Positions 55,615 through 64,000 of a stretch of DNA of 64,000 nucleotides are shown in pieces. Each line of letters begins with the position of its first letter. Position 1 is the first letter of the stretch. Position numbers and translations under genes: made by a program. This stretch comes from Chrysomallon squamiferum (lineage: Eukaryota; Animalia; Mollusca), in contig CM022673.1 of NCBI GenBank assembly GCA_012295275.1, forward strand, positions 24,366,001 to 24,430,000, written 5' to 3'. The notes under the pieces were generated by a model that saw only the letters and a program-made list of their open reading frames with translations, was not told the DNA's origin and searched no databases.

Positions 55615-55938
55615 TAGCACAATTAGTAATGAACAATATCAGATAATAGATATTACAAGATCCTCACTCTAAAAAGTATTTTCAGTAGGCGTCAAAAGTA
55701 TAATTAAGTGGATTTAATAACACTTGCCACATTGTAATGGGGAACTGAAGTTTCCGTTAGAGTAAAATGAAGCGAAAAATTGCTGAACTTTTTAAAATTA
55801 TGCGTATCAGAGCCTGTGGCTACGTTATTGTGTGTCATTGTTACGTTTATTAATAATTAAAATATGGTACTTGACAGTCACATTATCAACTGACACACTT
55901 CCCATGAGTCGATACATACATTGTATTATATATGAATG

Positions 55939-56050
<112 letters not shown>

Positions 56051-57004
56051 TGGGTGTGGGTGTGAGTGTGGGTGTATGTATAGCATATATGTAAATCTGT
56101 TCATGTTGTGAAAAATGGTACAAGCCAGTCGTTACTATGTCAAGTTATTAATAATTAACGTATTCGAGATGATGAAATAATTGAAGGTTTCGTGTTTAAA
56201 AGGAGCGAGGAGCGATTATCCTCAATCTCATTGGTTTCCGATTGATTGAACTGACAGCGTTACACAGATGGGAAAGGTTTGTGTTTGCTGGTTTTCAGAT
56301 GTCTTTGCACCTCAGGCAAAAAAAATGTTGGACACACCTTTCTTGATATATCTAATCCATAACCAGTCCTAGAGTTACTGGCATTAAAAACATTGTCATA
56401 TTAATAACTGTAATATATAATTGTAATATTTGATTAATACAGAACCATGTAATACTGTCACACTGGTTAAGCCATCCACTTTTAAGACTAAAATCAAATC
56501 GCGGTCTATCAGTTAACTGAGAAGGTATGAAACTTCCACGCCATACTAACACACTAACACACTAACTGAGGTAGACAATGCTGCACTATTTGCCCGTACT
56601 TGAGCCTTAGTTCACTGATAACCTAATCCACGTAACCTAAATGGACTCAGTTTATTGATACAGAGTTGGCGTAGTTAGCTGGAGATGATACAGTTATGAC
56701 TCTGACGTCAACTCCGAAGCCATTAAACTGCTTCAGATTTTAAACAAAAATCTTGTCATACATTTTACTTCGCAATAAAGATTTACAACACAACAAGCTA
56801 AATGGTAATTGTGAATAGCTGATTAATTTTTTTTCAAAGAATAAAACGCTTCAGCTTTATCAATTGTACCGACGCACAAGAACGACAACTCTAATTATTA
56901 AATTGATAGTTTTTGTTGTTTTCGTGATCGTTTGTTAAATATTCGATGAACATAATCCGTAAAAAGGAATCTCGTTTTCTGTGGATTACGAACTTTATAA
57001 CGGG

Positions 57005-57457
57005 TTATGTATCCGCAGAAAGAAATGCATCATTGCTCCTGCAATAAATCTTCATCTTGTGTACCTGATTGTGATAATGGACGAGTGAAGGATTTTCTCG
57101 CCGCTGGAAGACATATTTGTGATTGGTGATCAATCGGCAAGGCGCACCAGAAAGAAGGTGATAAGAGTTTATGTCTTCCGCCCCGGTCTGTTTAAATACG
57201 ATCATTAAAGGAAAAGTGGAACTAGAGAGGAAATCAATTTGTCTAAATTGTAATTCTCGAAATAAATCGCATGTACTTAGAAAGCAGCATTTCCAAAAAT
57301 CGGTAGAAACCCCGTCTGAAGCTACCGCGTTTTCACAGTCATTAAAGGTACCGGATGCATTGTTCGATCCGTGGTATTGGAAAATGGTGTTGACATCAAC
57401 TGAGAAGCGTTGACAACCAAGAAAAGCTTTCCAAACAGGTTCAGCTAATAATAGGAA
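57005..57457 (-). other. 150-codon open frame, Cys-containing; candidate exon or decayed gene
   Basis: The ORF-track entry 57005-57205 extends 84 codons upstream without a stop. Possible acceptor (tattag|CT, 57444) and donor (CAG|gtacac, 57065). No family recognised. Confidence 0.25.
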
Positions 57458-58759
57458 TTACTGTACTGGCAATAAAATGTCTTGTTCAACTGGCAAGGAC
57501 ATAAAAGAATGCAACTGTAGCATACTAATATTTCCGATAAACCACGAAACCGGATTGTTAATAACATGAAAGTGTATTCCTATTTTTATTTGTAAATATG
57601 AAATGATATCTTTTTTCATGTTTTCTCCTCTTAGAAGTCAGTGTTAATGAAAAGGATACTTTCGTGTTTTTTTTTACCACTCATTGATTAAGACTGTTTT
57701 TAATGCTGCGACTATGATAATAACTTGAGTATTTTTTATGTCTAATAATTATATTTTTATTTAATGTGACTACATGCAGAATATATTTCTAAAAATAATT
57801 AGGTTTGTAATTCAATATTAGACAATATTTACTCCTATATTTTTCAATAGTTGTTACATTACCAGTTTGCTCTAAAGTCAATCCTTATTAATTCCGTTAC
57901 CTAAAGCATTGGCTCCTCAAATGTCTTTGAAACTTTATACACAAGCATTCCATGAATAATTTAAAGCCAAAATTGTAACCTGATAATCAGTTTTCCAGAT
58001 ACTGGTCATAACAATTAGTTGTTTTACGGTATAGTTTTTAACCATATAACTTACATCAGCAATATTTGTCAATCTTTTGACATCTCGTAATTTACCATTT
58101 TGGCTTACGTCATTATTATATGTAATGTAACACTGAATTTATATCTCCTCGTTATGAATATTCTTAGACTGGTTTAAGGCTGTATCAAAAATTATGTACA
58201 GTCGAACCATCCTTTTTGTACATTCCAGGTGTCCAGACAGTTAAACATGAAATTATACAGAACTGCATTAAACTTTAAGAATCGAATGGAAAGTTAATAA
58301 AGAATATTTGTGATGTGCAAAATACTAACATTTCAACGATCCTAGCACACAAGAGGCAAACTTGTTAATAAATAATGATCGTCTGTCCTCGATTAACCAC
58401 GTGACCCGTGTCGTCTCAAGGCCTGGACTCAGTTAGATCATTTCATGTAGGCTGTGATTGAATATCAGTACATTACAGTTGTGCTTTTGGCTTAGGGGCC
58501 TATAATGCTATAGAAATGGACCTTCACGTGTCCGCAAATGATTTTTATTCATATTTTAAGTTTAGTAAAACAACATTTATTTGATTAAACTGAGTGCGAT
58601 ATAACAATAAACTATGAATTAATTTACGTTATTGTGATATTTAAAAACTCAAAAAAAACAAACAACCCAAAACCCCCGCTTACTCGGTGTTAAAAAAAAA
58701 AAAAAATAATCGCGTCAAACTTTTACACGGTGATTAAAACCTGCAACGGCCAAGTGGTT

Positions 58760-59005
58760 GTTAAAAACATTTGTAATCGGAGCGAGTGAAGGAAGTCACG
58801 GGCGATGTCCGACAAACCAGAGCAATCTCTCACTTGTCACTTTTCCAAGATGGCGAGCCGACGGCGTTTCGTCATTAAAGTTAATTTTGTTAGTCTAATT
58901 ACACGATTGGCGCTCCATCATTTCCCTATAAATGTCATTGATCCGAAAGCTTGCAGGATCCTAAGGCCACGAGGCGTGCTATAATGATGGTTTGACTTCC
59001 GGACT
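58760..59005. promoter_or_regulatory. CpG-rich promoter-like island
   Basis: YY1-type CAAGATGGCG (about 58846), inverted CCAAT (GATTGG, about 58905), CTATAAAT (about 58926) and ETS-type ACTTCCGG (about 58995). Confidence 0.4.
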
Positions 59006-59971
59006 ATGCTCAGTTAGAGCATAAATTGTTATTATTATTTTTTTTTTTCTGACGTATTATTTCAGAATAGTTATCTGCGTCGTTTTAAACACTTCTGTAA
59101 TTCACTCATCCTTCTCTCTCTGTGTTCAGTCTTCGATTCCTTTCTTCTATCTTTCATTCATTTTCAATCTCTCTCTGTCTCTCTTTTTTCAGTTTCTGCT
59201 TCATTAAATATTTTACATTTTGATGTACGATATATATATATATATTTTAAAATACGTGGAAATTATTTTGTAAAGTGTTATATTTTATATTATATTATAT
59301 TATATTATATTATTAAATATAAAAATTAATTTTATCCAAATCTTTATTTTTTATTCATTTATTTTATAAATAATTTAATATTATAAATGTTTTCTTTAGT
59401 TTAGTTTAATTTATTCTAATCATATTGTTTATTAAAACAGTAGGCTATTATTATTAATAGTAATAGTAGTAGTAGCAACACACATAGTAGCAACAGCATA
59501 GTAACAGTAATAGTGTACAAGTAGTAGTAGAAGTAGCAGTAGCAGTAGCAGTAGTAGAAGCAGTAGTAGTAGCTGTAGCAGTATGACTAACAAAAAGAAC
59601 AGAGATCTGAACAACAAGATAAATCTGAGACAACCTTGCAGACAGTGCTCTAAACAATTCACCAATTTCGCTACATCTTTCTCACCTGAAACAATAATAA
59701 AAACATCAAATAAAAAAAAAAAGAAACCAACGGGAAAAAAAATCAATAAAAACACGGGAGAAAGTCGACGCCACGATGTGCAATTTTATCTTGATCCTCG
59801 CCCCGGACATTAACTGTAATTTTAGACTTAGAAAAATCCTCGGCAATTACAAACGCTGACTGTTGGGCGACATCGTTGACAGACGCAACGGAGAATTGGA
59901 CGGAATCGTTTCTTTGATGTGGATGAGCTGAAAGACGACGTCTGCGAACAAAATAAAAGCCCGTAAGAAAA

Positions 59972-60092
59972 GATCAATCATTTTTTTTTTTCTCTCTTCG
60001 TCGAGAAAATATTTACTTTGTCACTGTTACGCGTGTTGCAAAGTGAAAATGCGGATGTCGGGGATAAGTCGAACAAGAAATTACGTGGAAAG
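59972..60092 (+). repeat. Diverged ~120-bp direct repeat, partner at about 62285-62393
   Basis: Shared collinear blocks gatcaatcattttttt, gaaaat, tttgtcact, gcaa, cggatgt..gataag and aaattacgt.gaaa. Confidence 0.7.
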
Positions 60093-60337
60093 TTTTTATC
60101 CTATTTGCACCAGAGCAAATGTTCTTATATTCTGTCTCCGGAACATTTGTTAAAAAAAAGAAAAAAAAAAGCAAAAAAGAAGAAAGAAAAGGTCGAAGAA
60201 GATCATGTTCAATTATAGATGTTTTGTTTGTGACGAATGTTTGTGAATAAGTATGTAAGCTCGTTATTACAATATAAATGCGTAAGAATGTAAGTAAATA
60301 TATAATTATCTCACCATGTAAAATAAATAAAACAAAC

Positions 60338-60384
<47 letters not shown>

Positions 60385-60696
60385 AACCAATAAGATAAAA
60401 TAATTTAAAATAAAATAAAACCATCTAAGTTAAAACAAAGCAAAATGTTATCTTATAATAAATTAATTATACTAATTTTTTTTTTTTTTTTTTTACTACT
60501 ACTAATAAAAAAATGTTTAAATAGTTCTTAAAACTAGTACAGATTTGACTTCAATGATGCGTTTTAATGTAGTTAAAATAACACATAACGTCTAACACAT
60601 CTCTGATTACAGGTAACGTATTTTAACTCGAACTTTTAACATAAAACTCTACATTACATAATTCCGTTGTGCAAAGAGAAACATGTTTTATTACTT

Positions 60697-60738
<42 letters not shown>

Positions 60739-61094
60739 TTTAAAGACACCTCTAATTAATCTGTTTTTATGCTGTTGCTTCATGGATTTTTTTCCCCTAT
60801 AAAATGACTGAACAAAGCATTGAATAACAAAGTCTTAAGTAATGAAAGAAATTGTCCACGCACCTCTAGCACGTAATACTTTTCACACTCTCAACAGTTA
60901 CTGGTTTTTAGAAATAGGTGATTTTTTCTCTATGATTTGCTTTTCGAAGACTAGATAACATTTGGCCGATATAATTTTAGATAACAATACTCCATGTTTT
61001 TTTAACTTTTATTCGTCACTCAGTAAACACAAACAGCAGTTGATATATACAAAGATGATAATGAAAGAGAGAAAGAGAGAAGAGAGAGAGAGAG

Positions 61095-61134
<40 letters not shown>

Positions 61135-61340
61135 ATGGATACAAACTGTGAAATTAAACATGGAAGTATAGTTTTATCTATGAAATGTCCTTATTAAAAC
61201 ACTTTTTCAAAAACAAAATATAAGAGTTAATCAATTACTGTAATGTTCTCTGAAATAATTAAATGAATTATAATAAATAATACATACTGAATGACAAAAA
61301 TAAATAACTAAATCTAATACAGTAATATATATTTATTTTA

Positions 61341-61400
<60 letters not shown>

Positions 61401-61687
61401 AATAAATAAACATACTGACGATATTAAACTTCGCAAAACTGTGAAATCTAAGAGTTGAATGACCCCCAGCTATGATCAACTTTTTAACCTATCTTCAACA
61501 TAACGTCGTTTGACGTTAACCAACGTTTGCACTTTTCCAGAAACGTATTTCCGACAAGGGTGACATTCACTGAACGTTGACACGTTCAGTTTCCAGAGTA
61601 GTCTTTCATGTTGTTATCAAAATCAGTTAGATATGATTATTTATAATGTACTTCAGTCATCTTTTACACAAAACACACACACACATT

Positions 61688-61758
<71 letters not shown>

Positions 61759-62249
61759 AGTTTTATAAGTTTTATAAAACGTATTCTGAATGTTTCGTTT
61801 ATACTGAAAGTATCTTAATTTCGACAAAAACGTAAATTTTCGAGCATGGAAAAAGTTAAGTTTTATTACAAATTATGATAACCATCTCTTCAGGCTAGAG
61901 AAACTTCATATTCCCATTATTTTAACAGATTTTTATTTTTTATTATTTTCTTTTTTCTTTTTTCATTTCTATTTTATTTATTTTATTCTCTTTTTTTCTT
62001 TCTTTCTTTCTTTATCTTTTTTCTTTATTCATTTCTTTTTAATATTTTTATTTATTTATTTTTATTTTTTATTATTATTACTTTTTTCTTTCTTCTAAAA
62101 TGACTGTTTCTTGTTAGAACAAAGCTGCTTTCAGAAGCTTTATTGTTTCAAACCAGCGATGTTGAAACTGGCGGGAAATATGAACGAAAAGCTGACAGGT
62201 AGGATATTTCGGAGGATTTAGTTAATCAATTCTGCTGTAAAATAAACAT

Positions 62250-62538
62250 TATTTTGACGTCACCGGGCCCGCGATTATCACTATGATCAATCATTTTTTT
62301 TAATAGGAAAATGTTTTGTTTGTCACTTTTATTCACGTTTCGCAACGGAGATACGGATGTTGTGATAAGCCTAATGAAAAATTACGTAGAAAATTGTCCA
62401 GTTATAGAAGCGATATCAAGTAACCGGTATGCGGGACTGAAGTGTAATAAAAATAGGTCATGACCCGCATGACGTCATTTATTGGTTCAAAACGCCGTGA
62501 CGTAATATGGTTTCCGACGTAAACCGGAGGCAACGCCA

Positions 62539-62599
<61 letters not shown>

Positions 62600-62680
62600 T
62601 TAATGAGTATTTGTTGTAAAATTATATTATTTACTTTATGATCTGCCATTAACAATGGCTTCTGTTTGACGTCAAACACG
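62250..62680. promoter_or_regulatory. CRE-dense promoter/enhancer-like island
   Basis: Three full TGACGTCA (62255, 62470, 62667), TGACGTAA (about 62498), inverted CCAAT (ATTGG, about 62481) and YY1-type CGCCATTTT (about 62534). Confidence 0.4.
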
Positions 62681-63392
62681 TAACAATTAGCGTAAACACG
62701 CAGGAAAATGTCGTTAAAGCATCAAAGAACTTAAAGACCATTTAAACCGTAATTTGTAAAGTTGTTTATTTGATTTCATTTATTTATTATTATTTGTTTT
62801 TACGTTTTTAATACGTATTTATTCTATTCTATTCTATTTATTGATAATTATTATTATTATTATTATTATCATTATTATTATTATATTTAAAAAAAAAATT
62901 TTTAGCTTCTTTTATTTGCTATTGTTAACATTTGTATAGTTAATTTATTTTAAATACATTTTAAAGGAAATATTTAACGATTCTGACTAACTTTAACGTC
63001 TAGAAAAATTTATAGTAAAGACGAATTTGACGTAGGCCGAAAAGACGTGAAACTATCAAAAATTCACATGCATGGATGTACTTAGAACTTCCCAGCTGCA
63101 GATGAGAGCCTAAAGTTCTCTTCTCTAACAAGCACACCCTGCAAATCTCGTTACTTTTTACTTCAGACATCGTCTTTCCGTTTTACACTAGCGATCTTAT
63201 TTTATGTTCGGTTAACACATAATACTTACTGTTTGCGTGCGTATCTGCGGAATTCAATTTTATAGATTTAAAAAATGTATGAACTGTTAATTTCGTTGTT
63301 TTAATTATTTATTTTATTTTATTTTATTTTATTTATTTATTTATTTATTTATTATTATTATTATTTTATTATTATTATTATTGTTATTGTTA

Positions 63393-63427
<35 letters not shown>

Positions 63428-64000
63428 GTTATTATTACTGTTATTATTATTGTGGTGGTGTTGTTGTTTTTTCTTTGTTTCGTTATTTGTTTTTTTTTAT
63501 TATTATTATTATTTTTTTAGATGTTTGTTTAATAGTCTGAATTCTGCTTTAAGCTATTTATTAACATTTCTTAAGAGCATCGTTAAATTACCAAAAAAAC
63601 CAACAACACACAAATAAGAATTTTTTTTTTTTCTTTAGAAACAACAATAAGAAATAATACTTTAAACCATAACAAGACAAAAATGACTTAGGAATAAAAA
63701 AAGAAATGAAATAAAGAAGACGAAGTAAATAAAATTAAAAATAAAAGAGAAAGAGCGATCAAGAGGGAGTACAACGCAATAAAACGTGTTTGTGAGTTGA
63801 GAAACACGGCAGTTTGTAAAACCGAGTTCGTGTTTAAGTGAAGGGAGAGTACGCTATGAGCGGGCTTGTATCACGGTTTCAAAGCAATCGAACGAATGGA
63901 AGTAAATATTAGTTAACGCGTCTTCCTGCTGGTTTGTTAACTGTGTAATTAGCTAGAGGGAAGCAGTGAATAGTTTTAAAGGTTGAAATCGTCAGGAATT

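Noticed and set aside
56449-56460. miR-8/miR-200-like start taatactgtca
   Set aside because: The match stops after 11 nt and there is no complementary arm.
61569-61590. Perfect 9-bp hairpin actgaacgt-tgac-acgttcagt as a Helitron 3' end or terminator
   Set aside because: No CTRR terminus follows, and intrinsic terminators do not apply to this eukaryotic context.

Overview
Eukaryotic (animal) genomic DNA. It is very AT-rich and saturated with microsatellites, so almost all ORFs in the supplied track are simple-repeat artefacts. The W-X5-Wamide neuropeptide and the repeat content suggest a mollusc, probably a gastropod (inference). Solid content: (1) two identical tRNA-Glu(CTC) genes facing each other inside a diverged inverted duplication (1.2-2.2 kb); (2) an internally deleted Tigger/pogo DNA transposon (3368-4071); (3) a three-coding-exon TMEM101 homolog on the minus strand (42989-40885, about 270 aa), of which the ORF track shows only the last exon; it lies in a CpG-depleted block and has an 11-bp hairpin over its start codon; (4) a Wamide/MIP/allatostatin-B neuropeptide precursor (53738-53199, minus) encoding five W-X5-W-amides plus one degenerate copy; (5) several minisatellites, a fold-back element and dispersed repeats. 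Weaker leads are orphan candidate exons (including a 12-nt microexon), promoter-like CpG-rich islands and an excess of CRE palindromes. No CRISPR array or prokaryotic system is present, and I cannot support a claim of a wholly new biological system. The best leads are listed as findings.
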